A DNA stretch of 64,000 bases from Diplonema japonicum (Eukaryota > Protista > Euglenozoa: Diplonemea): contig OZ025660.1 of NCBI GenBank assembly GCA_964019335.1, forward strand, positions 682,001 to 746,000, in the 5' to 3' direction. Both the position numbers and the translations under genes were made by a program. Every line of letters begins with the position of its first letter. Within the stretch, counting starts at the first letter, position 1. The notes under the pieces were generated by a model. The model had not been told where the DNA came from. It ran no database searches and saw only the letters and a program-made list of their open reading frames with translations. Below are positions 34,335-45,933 of the stretch, piece after piece.

Positions 34335-35143
34335 TTTTGGATTCCTTTTTTTTTTTTTTAAATCCTGTTATGCAATTTTGAGAATGATGAAAATAAACGA
34401 AAATAAATATTTTTTCTTCAAATTTCCTTTTTTTGGGGGGGGGTAAGGGGAATAATAATAGGAGACAAAGCAGTGTGGACGAAAAGAGAAAAGAAAAAAA
34501 AGGGGGGGTTTTTTTTTTAAAAATATGGAAAATGGGAGGTATGTGAGAGGTGAAACTTTTAAAAAATTTGAAACAGGGAAGGGGGTGTGGTGTGTGACTT
34601 TCTTCAGCTACTTCCAACTGTTCATTTTTTTTGGGGGGGGGGCGATAAATTAAGAAGGGTGTGGTTGAAGGGAAATGGCAGAATTCTTTTTTTATTCTTC
34701 CTCCCTTCTTTTCTTTCTTTCTATCGCGGCTACTTAGTGCAAGCCGTCCATCCTGGAGGCCCTCCTGTTTCTTTCTATATTTTTTCCCTTTCGGGGGGGG
34801 GGGGGGGGGGGTGTGTGTGAAATACTTCAATTTATTTTGTTGCTAAATTGCCTTTTCTTCGTCTTACTGTAGTAAGGTAAAATGAAAAAAGTTTTTTTTT
34901 TATAATACCCATTCCGTTGTCTACCTTACTTATATTACCCCACTTTTTTTTTAACTGCCTCAGGAAAAAGAAATTAATGGATGGGGGGGGGATTTTATTT
35001 CAAAGGAAAAGTGAAAAAAAAGAAAAATGGAAAGAAACATGACAGATGGGGGAAATGAAACAATGGGGGGGGGGGGGGAAGAACAAGATATTTCACAATA
35101 TTCTAAGTCCCCCCAGAAAAGGAGATCGTGGTGCCAAGGATAC

Positions 35144-35611
35144 TTACTTGATGTGCACCTTGATGGTGCCACAGATAACCTCTTCGTTAGCTTCGTTGTG
35201 GCCCTTGACTGAGATGGTGTAGTGGCCTGAGGGGGCGGCTCCGGGGAGTGTCACAGTTTTGGTCATGGTGAAAGGACCCTGGGGGATGGGGCAGTGAATC
35301 TTACCACAGAGATCAACATCCACAGTCGTAAGCGGGACGAAGCCGAAGTGCACGTTCACCGACATCTTAACTGCGCGAAGTTCCTTCGCCACGTACCCAT
35401 CAAGTTTCACTGTGAAGGGGTGCCCCGTCCTTGGCGGGTAGGGGGTCACCGTCAGCGCCCTCTTTGCGTCCACCTTGAAAATATCCTTGTCATGGTTGCA
35501 CACAGACAACTCAGCGTGGTCATCATCCCCATGGTGCTTGTGGATGATCTTGTCAAGGAACGAAGCCTGTGCCACAGCCACCACACAGAGCATTGCAAGA
35601 GTGCGCATCAT
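35144..35611 (-). CDS. Secreted ML (MD-2/NPC2-like) lipid-binding protein
   Basis: Signal peptide; VTPYPPRTG, VDLCGKIHCPIPQG and LPGAAPSGHY...EEVICG motifs. Confidence 0.9.
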   Translation of the reverse strand: MMRTLAMLCVVAVAQASFLDKIIHKHHGDDDHAELSVCNHDKDIFKVDAKRALTVTPYPPRTGHPFTVKLDGYVAKELRAVKMSVNVHFGFVPLTTVDVDLCGKIHCPIPQGPFTMTKTVTLPGAAPSGHYTISVKGHNEANEEVICGTIKVHIK

Positions 35612-35830
35612 ATTTTTTTTTTTGTTTGATTTAAGTCGGGAGGAGTGGCTGTGACAGACGATTAAAAAAAAAAACTTTTTTTTCCTCCCATGTGATTTTC
35701 AACACAACAAATAAATATTTCGATAAAAAAAGTTGTGCGGGGGAAGTGCTCCGAATAGCCCCCCCCCCCCCCCCCCTCCGCTAACATGTCTCTGTTTTTA
35801 TGTGTTCTTTTCATCTTTTCTGATCTGGTG

Positions 35831-36967
35831 TCACTTCGCCTCCCTACCTCTCACTTCTTGTCTATCGGCTATTTCTTCATCTTCCGCTGCTAGAACAGCA
35901 GGTGTGAACATATGCAACATGCCTGCCGTGTCTGTAGTGCACAGTGTATGTGGATGCATGGCATGTGGGGCCCACGTGATGCCTGTCACGGTGGCAGGGG
36001 GATGCCCTGCGTGGATAAAGAGCAGCTCTGAGGGTGGTGTACTGACCTGCATGGCTGAGAGCGAGATATCCCACACCCACACCCGACCATCAGTTGTGCA
36101 AGACGCAAGCACTGCAGGGTCGTGGGGGGACGCAACAACCTTTGTGACAGGGGTACCGTGGTCGAAGTGCACAATGGGGGACTTCGTGCAGCGTGTGTCC
36201 CACACCAGCACCCCGTCACGCCCACCCGCCACCACCACATGCTCTGACTCACCGCTCACGGATACCGTCTTCATGGGCATGGACATGGGTGCGATGTACT
36301 CTTTCTTCCCACCCCGTAGGTCGCATGCGACCATGTACCCGTTGTCTGTCACGCAGTACAGCGTGTTGCGCTCCTTCACACCGAACACCACGTCCTCCAC
36401 CTTTCCGTCGGCAGGTTGGATCTTTTGTTTCTTGTTCCCCGCGCAGTCCCACACCGTCACCGCTTTGCTCCCTTCATTGAAGTCGGAGAACGCGATGTTC
36501 GTCCCGTCGTGCTGACACGCCAGCGACGGTGATTTCAGCCCCACCTGCTTGGGGCGCTTCGATTCCAGTGGTACGGTGTTCTGCAGGGGCTGCTGCTTCT
36601 CGAAGTCAGCGACGGCGACATGATCCGTCAGTTTCACGGCGCAAAGGCCTGCAGACTCGCCCTTCTGTAGATACTTTGCGTTCAGCATTGGCGATGTGAA
36701 GGCTACCTTGCTCACAAACTCCAGCTTCCCGTGTTCCTCGAACTCCTTGACGCTCTGGTCCCTCTTCGGGTAGTCCGTCGTTGACAAACACACAGCAGAG
36801 GATTCCGCACCCTTTGGCCACCCATTTGTTACTGTGAGCAATTTCCCCTCCCCCCATCCAACCATGGGGCTCATCCCATCCATCTGTGACACCGCCACCC
36901 GGCTGTACATCCACGGCCCTAACGCATTCCACTGCTCGGAGGCCGTCCCCGCCCCCACAGCATGCAT
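35831..36967 (-). CDS. WD40 protein, divergent RBBP4/MSI1-like histone-binding family
   Basis: VLASCTTDGRVWVWD..PSELLFIHAGH, characteristic of the RBBP4/7 C-terminus. Confidence 0.75.
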   Translation of the reverse strand: MHAVGAGTASEQWNALGPWMYSRVAVSQMDGMSPMVGWGEGKLLTVTNGWPKGAESSAVCLSTTDYPKRDQSVKEFEEHGKLEFVSKVAFTSPMLNAKYLQKGESAGLCAVKLTDHVAVADFEKQQPLQNTVPLESKRPKQVGLKSPSLACQHDGTNIAFSDFNEGSKAVTVWDCAGNKKQKIQPADGKVEDVVFGVKERNTLYCVTDNGYMVACDLRGGKKEYIAPMSMPMKTVSVSGESEHVVVAGGRDGVLVWDTRCTKSPIVHFDHGTPVTKVVASPHDPAVLASCTTDGRVWVWDISLSAMQVSTPPSELLFIHAGHPPATVTGITWAPHAMHPHTLCTTDTAGMLHMFTPAVLAAEDEEIADRQEVRGREAK

Positions 36968-37280
36968 CTCTACAATGACTATTACAAGCTCGCAAAAACA
37001 AATAATATTAAGAGTTTCCAAAGTGGATAGTCACCGAGGATAAAAAGGAAAAGAGTTCAAATTGAAAACAAACCGAGAGAGGAAGTGTGTGGAGTGTAAC
37101 CGGACATGTCGTGTCGGGCTACGAATAATAGAAATAGAAGGGACACTCGCCTCATAAGTGGGCGAGAACATTTATTTTTCTTATAAAACAGATTGCTTGA
37201 ACAAAAGACATGATACGCGTCACACATGTAATGTAGTACCAGCTTCAGCCGATCTTCTTCTTGTTGTTGTTGTTGCTGCT

Positions 37281-38336
37281 TCAGCCAATCTTGTAGCCCA
37301 GGTGGTTTCCGCCGGTGAGGCACTGGGCGTACCACTGGCTCTGCTTGTAGCAAGAGGCCCCGCCGGAGCAGCAAGTGGGGGCGTGAAGGCAGCTTCCCCA
37401 CTCCGGGATCGCCGTGCGGCAACCAGAGGAAGGAGGGGGAACAGGAACGGGGACAGGTGGAACAGGAACAGGAGGAGTGGGAGGGGTGGGGACAGGTGGT
37501 GTGTTCCCCGCTGCAGGGATGCACTGGGAATACCACTGGCTCTGCCTATCGCACACCGCCCCTTGCGTGCAGCAGTGCATCGCGCTCGTGCAAGCCCCCC
37601 ACATGGGAATCGTCCTCGAGCACCCTGTGGTGGGGGGAACAGGGACAGGGGGAACGGGAACGGGGGGAACAGGAACAGGTGGGACAGGAACAGGAGGAGT
37701 GGGAGGGGTGGGAACAGGGGGAACAGGAACAGGAGGAACAGGGTTCCCACCGCCACCACCACCACCACCTCCACTGAAGTCCAAGTCAACAGCGTTGTAG
37801 AAGCTTGCGGCGGTGTCACCGACATCCCAGATGGCGAGGACAACGTGGTAGCCCGACTTGGAGGGGAGGGTGCAGGAGTGGGTCGTCACCATCGGGGGCT
37901 TCACCATCCCGCCCGCCGCGGAGCAGAAGGGAGCATCCTCGAAGCTGCCCCTCCCGAGGGGAGCGTTCTGGTTCCACCCATCCTTCGTGATGTAGTACCT
38001 CCAGTCCAGGGTCACGTGGTTCGCCGTGAACTGCCAGGTAAAGTCGGTCCTGCCCCCGCTCGCTGCTGTCTTCGCCCACCTGCTCGAAGACTGCTCGTTC
38101 AGAGGGGCCCAGGTCGCGCTCCCCGCCGCCGCCAGCTGCCCGTCCGGAGGACCGCTCGCAGGGTACCGGTCCGGTCCCTCCACACTCTGCGGCTCGTACT
38201 GCACCCCTCCGCACCCGCTGTTTGTCTTCAGCTTGCACGCGTAGTTCCGAGAAGGCGGGCTCATCACGTAGCCGTGTCCCTCAACCCGCACCACTGCTGC
38301 CGCTGCCAGCAGCATCGGAAGTCCCAAGCGCTTCAT
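37281..38336 (-). CDS. AA10 LPMO-2xCBM1 (copy 2)
   Basis: Near-identical to 3186-4247 (Gly run 2 residues shorter, a few substitutions). Confidence 0.93.
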   Translation of the reverse strand: MKRLGLPMLLAAAAVVRVEGHGYVMSPPSRNYACKLKTNSGCGGVQYEPQSVEGPDRYPASGPPDGQLAAAGSATWAPLNEQSSSRWAKTAASGGRTDFTWQFTANHVTLDWRYYITKDGWNQNAPLGRGSFEDAPFCSAAGGMVKPPMVTTHSCTLPSKSGYHVVLAIWDVGDTAASFYNAVDLDFSGGGGGGGGGNPVPPVPVPPVPTPPTPPVPVPPVPVPPVPVPPVPVPPTTGCSRTIPMWGACTSAMHCCTQGAVCDRQSQWYSQCIPAAGNTPPVPTPPTPPVPVPPVPVPVPPPSSGCRTAIPEWGSCLHAPTCCSGGASCYKQSQWYAQCLTGGNHLGYKIG

Positions 38337-38544
38337 CTTTTGTAGTAAGTGGAAACTACGGAAGAGTGACGGTAGAATAAACAAGCAAATACTATACAAG
38401 AATAACGGGGAACATGGGGGTGGCAGGGAGGGGCAGTGTGAACAAAACAAAAAAAAAGGTACATTTGTAGTTCATAATCGTTCGTATCTTCGTTCTAAAC
38501 AACAAATAACATGAAGGTACATAGAGCACAGGGTGCGGCACCGC

Positions 38545-40369
38545 CTAGATGACAGGTGTGACGCGTGCGTGCGATGTGAGGTAGATGTTCTGCTCTTCGA
38601 TTATGTTTTTCGCATTGCTGATGTCAGCAACGAGTTTTTCGAGGATGAGGCTGAGCAGTTGGAGGGAGACCTCTAGGTCGTCCGTGTCGTCTGTGGTCTC
38701 TGCCTCCATCGCAGCTTCAGCGTTCCTCCTCGCACCTGGGTTGAGGACGCTGATGTACTGCGTCACCACCTCACGCAGCCTTGCGCCAGTTCGTTGTGAT
38801 GCCTGAGAAGAAAAAAAAAGTTTAGCACTTGTTGTTTTCTCATACCTTGAACATCCTCGCGCCAACTACAGCAAGCTCCGCCAGCTGCCCGTCCAGTGGC
38901 GTGCTGTTGATGGCTCCAGAGAACGCCTGTAGTGTGGATTAAGAACTGCATATGAAGCATACGAAGGGTGCTAGCTCGTTCCATATCATGTCCAATGAAC
39001 TGACCACTTGGGTAAGCTGGTCCATGAGCATGTCTCTCTCCTCCGCCAGCGTTATGATGTCCATGGTGTGGCCCGGCATGGTCCCTAGCTTATGCATCTC
39101 GTGGTGGTACGCTTCGACTTGGAGTCTTCGTGACTTTTCTTGTTCCGCCATCGAGTGGAGCTTCTCGACACCTGCTGCCAGCTCCTCGCACTCTGTCCTG
39201 CTTTCCTGCAACGACTCCCGCAGCACCTCGAGCTCACCCTGGTCCCCACCACCGCTTCGCGACACTTCCAGCGTCACGTTATGCAGCTCCGCCTCTAAGT
39301 TCCTTACTTCCTTCGAGGACTGCTGTGCTGTTGCTTGCACGACGTCCAGCTCGTGCCGCAGGTTCATGATGATGGCTTCCGATTCAGCACGCGAGGCGTC
39401 CGCCTCCAGCAGCTGTGTGCTCATGGCGGCGATCCTGTTGGTGGATGCGTTGAGCTCGCCACGCAGCCGCTCGACCAGCGACGAGTCTGTGAGAGCCTCC
39501 GCAAGCGCCTCTTCGGACTTCATAAGGTTCAGGGACGCTCCATTTCTGGACTCCAATGCGGCTGCAAGCTTCCTCTGCGTGTCCGCAAGCTGCGACTTCA
39601 CAGCCGGCAACATGGCCACCTCCCTCTGCAGCTCTGCGAAGGAGGTCTCATGTGCTGCACGCTTTTCGTTTAGTTGCTCGTTGGTTCCCTCCAGCCTCTT
39701 GATCATGGCCTCCAGTTCGGATCTCTGGCGCTGTTCGTCTTGGCACCGCCTTTCTGTGGCAGAAGTGGCGTGTTGGAAGTCTTGCAGCTCGTGCTCCACG
39801 TTGCGCAGCTGGAGGGTAGCTGAGTCAGCGCGTGCGGTAAGCGCCTCGTTTTGCGAGTCTGCTGTGATGAGCCGCCTGCGCAGCTCAGCAAGCTCCGTTT
39901 CGTAAGCATTGATCTTCTGGTTCGCAGCGGTGAGCTCATAGTCCAGATTGTCTAGGCGCATGGTTTGGTCTTTGGAACGTGCGTTTTTCAGGAAGGTTTC
40001 CTGCTCCATTTCCGAGGCTGCAGAGAGGGCCTTCCGCTTTGCGTCCTCCGCCATGCGCAATGCCAGCTCGAGTGCCCTGTTGCGCTCTGTGGTTTGCTCC
40101 ATGTCGGCTTGCAGCACCTTCAGTTCTTGAGAGAGGGTTCGGTTTTCGTCCTCCTTCCTCCGTATCTGTTGTTTGTACATGTTCAGGGCATTGGCGTGGC
40201 CTGCGATGGCGCCTTGTAGGGTACTTACGTTCTCTTGCAAGCCTTCTATCTCTCCTTTGCTCTCGTCTGCTGCCTTCCGTAGCAGGAGGCTCTTGTCCTT
40301 TGCACTGTACCACGATGCCCGCGCTTGGCTCTGAGCCTTGGGCGTCACTGGGCTGTCGACTTGCAGCAT
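38545..40369 (-). CDS. Long coiled-coil protein; introns 38927-38962 and 38803-38845
   Basis: Heptad-rich. Splicing gives LAPF|AFSGAINS...RMFK|ASQRTGARL. Confidence 0.82.
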
Positions 40370-41204
40370 GGTGCCCCCAACCTAGAGGTGAAATGGGAGG
40401 AGTGAGGGAAAAAGAAAAAAAAAAAGAAAACGAAGAAAGAAGAGGAACAAAAAACACGGAACGAGAGTATGGCATTGCACCTTACTCCTTGGTTTTATGT
40501 TTTTTGTTTTGGACAAAAACCGGGCCGTCTCCCCCAATTGGGAGACTGGCACGCTACACAGCTTGATGGGGCGGGGAGGGGAGAGACGAAGAGAAGTTAT
40601 AAAAAGAAATTCTTTTTTGTTGCTCTACTCCATTTTCCCCCATTACACGCCTTGCATTCAAGTATCCCTCTCTATCCTTTCCTCTTCATCCATTTATTCT
40701 TTTTTTTTCCCGAAAAAATAACGAAAAAAAATCTTTTTCCTTTCTTTTTTTTTTTAGATTTCTTTTTTTTTTTGTTTCCTTTTTTTACATCGCTTGCCCC
40801 TGTGGGTAAGAGCAGGTGCGAAAAGGTTTCAAGAAAAAAAAAAAAAAAACACGAGAAGGAAAAGAGGGGGGAGGGGGAGAGAGAGAAGAAGAACCGAAAT
40901 ATAGAGAGAGAAAAAAATAGAAACTTTTGTTCTTTTAATTTGAACCACCACCCCCGTCACCCAAGGTTTTCTGCCTCCTGACCCGGAGGAGACTACGAGC
41001 ATAGCATCATGACAATTTAGACAATTCTGTTCCATAGCGAAGTCTTAAACCTTTTTTTTTCTTTTTTTTTTCTTTTTCTTTTTTCTTTCAGTTGTTTCGT
41101 TCAAAGAACCGTTCTAGCAACCGCGAACCTCTTGACGGGGACAATTTGAGGAGAGCAGGGGAGTCAAGGGAGGAGAGAAGGCCGCAGCTTCGGATAGAAT
41201 GAAC

Positions 41205-41400
41205 AATAAAATAAAATAAAATAAAATAAAATAAAATAAAATAAAATAAAATAAAATAAAATAAAATAAAATAAAATAAAATAAAATAAAATAAAATAAA
41301 ATAAAATAAAATAAAATAAAATAAAATAAAATAAAATAAAATAAAATAAAATAAAATAAAATAAAATAAAATAAAATAAAATAAAATAAGATAAAATAAA
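41205..41400. repeat. (TAAAA)n microsatellite, about 39 units
   Basis: Seen directly. Confidence 0.97.
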
Positions 41401-41536
41401 TAAAAAACTAAAAAAGGGAGGTTGGAACAAGGAGATTCCTAGAAAGGAGAAGAAGAAGAAGAAGGCCTGCCGGGTCCTCGCTCTATTTTTCGCGCTTTCG
41501 TCCACCAAACAAGACATCTGCGTGAATGCTATTTAA

Positions 41537-41941
41537 AAAAGAAAAGAAAAGAAAAGAAAAGAAAAGAAAAGAAAAGAAAAGAAAAGAAAAGAAAAGAAAA
41601 GAAAAGAAAAGAAAAGAAAAGAAAAGAAAAGAAAAGAAAAGAAAAGAAAAGAAAAGAAAAGAAAAGAAAAGAAAAGAAAAGAAAAGAAAAGAAAAGAAAA
41701 GAAAAGAAAAGAAAAGAAAAGAAAAGAAAAGAAAAGAAAAGAAAAGAAAAGAAAAGAAAAGAAAAGAAAAGAAAAGAAAAGAAAAGAAAAGAAAAGAAAA
41801 GAAAAGAAAAGAAAAGAAAAGAAAAGAAAAGAAAAGAAAAGAAAAGAAAAGAAAAGAAAAGAAAAGAAAAGAAAAGAAAAGAAAAGAAAAGAAAAGAAAA
41901 GAAAAGAAAAGAAAAGAAAAGAAAAGAAAAGAAAAGAAAAA
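41537..41941. repeat. (GAAAA)n microsatellite, about 80 units
   Basis: Seen directly. Confidence 0.97.
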
Positions 41942-44556
41942 AATATATATCGCAAGGAACCCTGATCAAGATCGGACTTCAAACATAAGAGGAGATGAAG
42001 GCAAAACACGCTAAAGAGAAAAGGAGAGGGTAACGAAAAGCAGGAGTGCTGCAAATGAAAAAAAAAAAAAAAAAATGGTAATAAAAATTTGAGTGCTTGT
42101 CACATCGCATTTAATGTATACAAAAAAGAACAAAAGGGGGTGGGGTCGTGGGGGGCTGATCGACCGCCCGCATATTTAAACCCTCTTCACGAACGTTTAT
42201 TGGGCAAAAGCGGCCAATTATTTTTTGCCCCCCTCATCCTACACTCCCAGAAGGGAAAAAAAAAAAAAGAAGAAGAAAAAAGAGAAATCTCTTCTACATG
42301 TTTTTTTTTAATTGTTTTTTTTTTTTTCTACGGGAATAGGGGAAAAAATGGAATGATGACATGCAGAAAAATAATGGCAGTCAACTCCTGGAGAAAAAAA
42401 AAGGGGGGGGGAAAGGGGGGGGGGGGTAAGCAAAGAAGTGGAACTTAAGAATACCTCCATGACGATCTCTTTCAGCAGGACTAAAGTCCAACTTCCGCCG
42501 TAGGTGCAATTTTTTTTTTTTTATTATTATTGGCGTTCCCCAACAGTGAAATCGAAAGGCCATCTTCAGTTCTTCTAACAGGAGGGGGAGGGGGTGGTAC
42601 CCTTCCGCAATATGTCATTGCACCTTTTTGGGCATGCCTATTGCTTTTTTTTTTTGCTCTCTATATAAAGAGCAAATCTTTGTTGCCGCTTTCCAATCCT
42701 TGGGAATGCGCTTGGCTCGGCAGCTTAAAAGGAAAATAGTTAACCAACCACTAGTCCATGCAGCGATGGGGATTATATTTTGGCTCGATAAGAGCCGCCA
42801 TGTGACATGGGAGGATAAAAAAAAATAAAGTGGGGAGGGGGTGTGTTTTTTTTTTTTTGTTAATTTCTCGACCCCTCCCTCTACAATGAAATAAGAAAGA
42901 AAAAAGAGAAAAAAAAACTGGATTTGCTGGAAAGAGCCATCTGGATAGGGAGAAGAGGAAGGGGAGTATATGTGCAACTCAGAGGAGTAATTTCTCACTT
43001 TGACCAGCAAAACTGCTGGACAGGAGTCCTCCAAGATCACACACCCGCCATCAAGGGGGGGGGGGGGGGGGTTTAAAGGAAGGGAGAACCCGTATTCCGG
43101 AAAAGTTTTCTTTCTCATTAAAAAAAAAAAATATTACGCGCCACCAATTACTTTGGAGAGTGGCTCGGCATTTCTTTTTTTTTTAAATAGATTTTTCATG
43201 CCGGAAAAAAAAGGGGTGGGGAGGAGATGGAATCCTGGAGGACTACCTTCACGAACCTTTTAATACAGCATGTTTCAATGAAAGAAAATATAACGAGAAT
43301 ACTTCTCAATACCCTACCCCCCTTTTTTTTTTCTTACTCGAAAAAAAAGAAACTCTTTTGCGTGTAGCCATGAGTGCAAGGTGCTAAAGAAAAAAAAAAG
43401 GGAGAAGGAAGAAACAATTTCTCTCAAAAAAATTTGATTGAATGAAGAGGGGGGAGGAAAAAAATTTTTTTTGACCTGCATAAAAAAGAATAAAAAAGGG
43501 GGGGGGTAAACTTCAACAAGTTCCAAAGCCGCAGTTTGCAACAAGCCTAGGCTATTATGTGTCAAATAGGTGCACACAGTGAAAAAAAGAAAAAAAGAGA
43601 GACAAAGTTGTGTTCTCTCTTCTAAAGTAACATTCAGAAATATTGCAAGTCGGTGAAGGGGGGGGTTTTTTTTGTTTGTTTTTTTGTTTTTGTTTTTTAT
43701 TTTCCTCTCCCCTCCTCCCCAAGTTGATTTTGAGTAACAAGAGAGAAAAAAAAAGAAGAATCTGTAATATCCCCATCACAACCCCCTATTAGAAAAATAA
43801 TAATAAAATAAAAAAAATAACTTTTTATTTAAAACAAATAGATATGAATACTAAAAGGGTTGGCAAAAAGAAGAGGAAAAAAAAAAAAAAAACACTCGAG
43901 AAAAAAAAAACCATTGTAACCTTCTTCTTTTTCCCCCCCTCCTTGAAAATAGACTAGAAAGTGCTTCTAATGTAATTCAAATACTGCATTTTTCTTTAAT
44001 ACCGACATAGGTTTCTTTGGCGGTGGCAGGAAGCCAAAGGAGGGAATAACCTTCCAAGAGATGTAAGCACAAATTGATGGAGCGTCCCATTAAAAAAAAA
44101 ATAAAAAAAAATGGGGCGGTGGCTTTCAAGAAATCCCTCCGCTTGGCCTGGCAAAAATACCGAACTCCGAAGAAACTTATAACGACACTACTGGACGTTT
44201 GTCAGTCCGGTTTTTTTTTTTTTTTTCCCCTCTTAACAATGGTTATCATCAAAAAAAAGAAAAAAAAGAAGGTGGAGGGAGGAAGAGAAGGGAACTGGCT
44301 GTTTTTTTTTTTTTTTTTTTTGTACCGGGTAAAAACCTGGAGAGGAGGGGGGGGGGGGGGGAATCGGGGTTGAAAAAAGAAACACACAACAACGTTTTCT
44401 TTTGCAAACCCCCTCTTTAAAAAAAAACAAAAAAGGGGGAGGGGGTGATGGGAAAGACAATATGGCAAAATCTTTATAACAGTAAAGTAGCTTTTTTGTT
44501 TGTAGGTATTAGAATAGAACTTTAGGGGGGGGGGGGGGAATGAAACATGATTTTTT

Positions 44557-45036
44557 TTATTGCAGTTCGAAAGTAACTCTCCTTGTGTAGGGTGGTGCTA
44601 GGACATCAGAAGCTGGTGAACTAAGAGGAGACACACTCTCAGCAGATGAGGAAAGGGAAGGGGTGGGGTGGGTAGCGTTCCACAAGGCATTTGCAGTCTC
44701 GAGTTTTTTTTTAAGAATTAGTTTCCTATCGATGGGTTTGGGGATCTCAGTAGTCATAAGGCGCTTTGTCATCACTTTCTGCAGTTCGAAGAAAGTAGAC
44801 ACCTTGTCAGAGAGGTCGCCGAAAGCCTGGAGCCCATCCTTTGTGATTTCTTTAGAGTAGCACATTATAAGAACCTCATCTATATTTCTACTCAATCCCC
44901 CCTCTACCACGCCCTGCTTCACAATCGGTCTACCTGGTAGTGACAGGATCCACTCCAACACTGCCCGCCCCAAGGGTGACATGGCCACGCCCCTTCTTTT
45001 ATCCGAACCGGGACCGTCGAGTACCGCTGATTTCAT
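44557..45036 (-). CDS. Hypothetical protein (159 aa)
   Basis: Coding-like ORF on the cluster strand; ATG preceded by an A-run. Confidence 0.6.
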   Translation of the reverse strand: MKSAVLDGPGSDKRRGVAMSPLGRAVLEWILSLPGRPIVKQGVVEGGLSRNIDEVLIMCYSKEITKDGLQAFGDLSDKVSTFFELQKVMTKRLMTTEIPKPIDRKLILKKKLETANALWNATHPTPSLSSSAESVSPLSSPASDVLAPPYTRRVTFELQ

Positions 45037-45717
45037 TTTTTTTTTTTCTTTTCCCGCTCCTGGCATGGGTTTGGTATAAGGGGGGGGAAAAAAAAAAAGG
45101 GGAAGAATTGAGGTAGAGGAGAGGCATAGTCGTGTTGGAAAAGCACGAGAAAAAAAAAAGAAAAAAACGGGGTTTGCGCGCGATTTTGAAAGGGGAAAAA
45201 TTCAAATTAACATGCAAGCTCCCTGAGACGAAAGCTGCATTGCCCTAAAAAGGGAAAAAGGAGGTATGGTCAGTACTAGGTATCTCTCAGTTTTCGGTCA
45301 AATCTCGCGTCTCCTCCGAGTGCTGACCTCTTCAGGCGAGAGGCACCCTTCAATGGCTCCTACTAGCGTCCCAGCAGGTTGGAGAGTACCTTTCCCGACC
45401 GAAAAAAAAAAAAAAAAAAGGCAAGAAAATATAGATGAGCTAAAAAAAAAGGGGGGGGGAAATTTGACAGGCAACGAACAAGCCCGCAAAACGGTTCTTT
45501 GACCGTTGCTTTGTCATTGAATGTGGGCCTGTGGAAAGCTTCCACAGGCCCAGCCAGTTCTGTGCCCGCCGGTTAAACCTTGTAGATTGGCCACAGACGA
45601 GAAAAACTGGAGATTAAAAAAAAAGAAGTAGAGAGGAAGGGGCAAGAAGCAAGAGGAAGAAAAAAAAATTGAAATTTGAAGGGGACTCCTCATGTTAAAA
45701 AGAGAGAATCTCTCAAG

Positions 45718-45933
45718 TTAGTTATTGGACCTGCCCCCACCACTGGGAGCACCTGTGGTGCTTGGCCAGCCTCCTGCATTCCCAGGGCCGCGATGTGCTC
45801 CAGCACCAGGACGGCCTCCACCAGAGGACTTTGCACCACCACCACCACTAGTGCGTCCCCCACCGCCACCACCACCACCGCATGATTGCTTCCCACCTCC
45901 GGCCGACCTGCTTCCACTTCCGGACTTGCCCAT
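45718..45933 (-). CDS. Small Gly-rich protein ending GNAGGWPSTTGAPSGGGRSNN
   Basis: GC-rich island on the cluster strand; AG immediately before ATG. Confidence 0.6.
   Translation of the reverse strand: MGKSGSGSRSAGGGKQSCGGGGGGGGRTSGGGGAKSSGGGRPGAGAHRGPGNAGGWPSTTGAPSGGGRSNN

Noticed and set aside
41526-42054. KEKKR / FFSFL repeat proteins
   Set aside because: Translations of the (GAAAA)n microsatellite.
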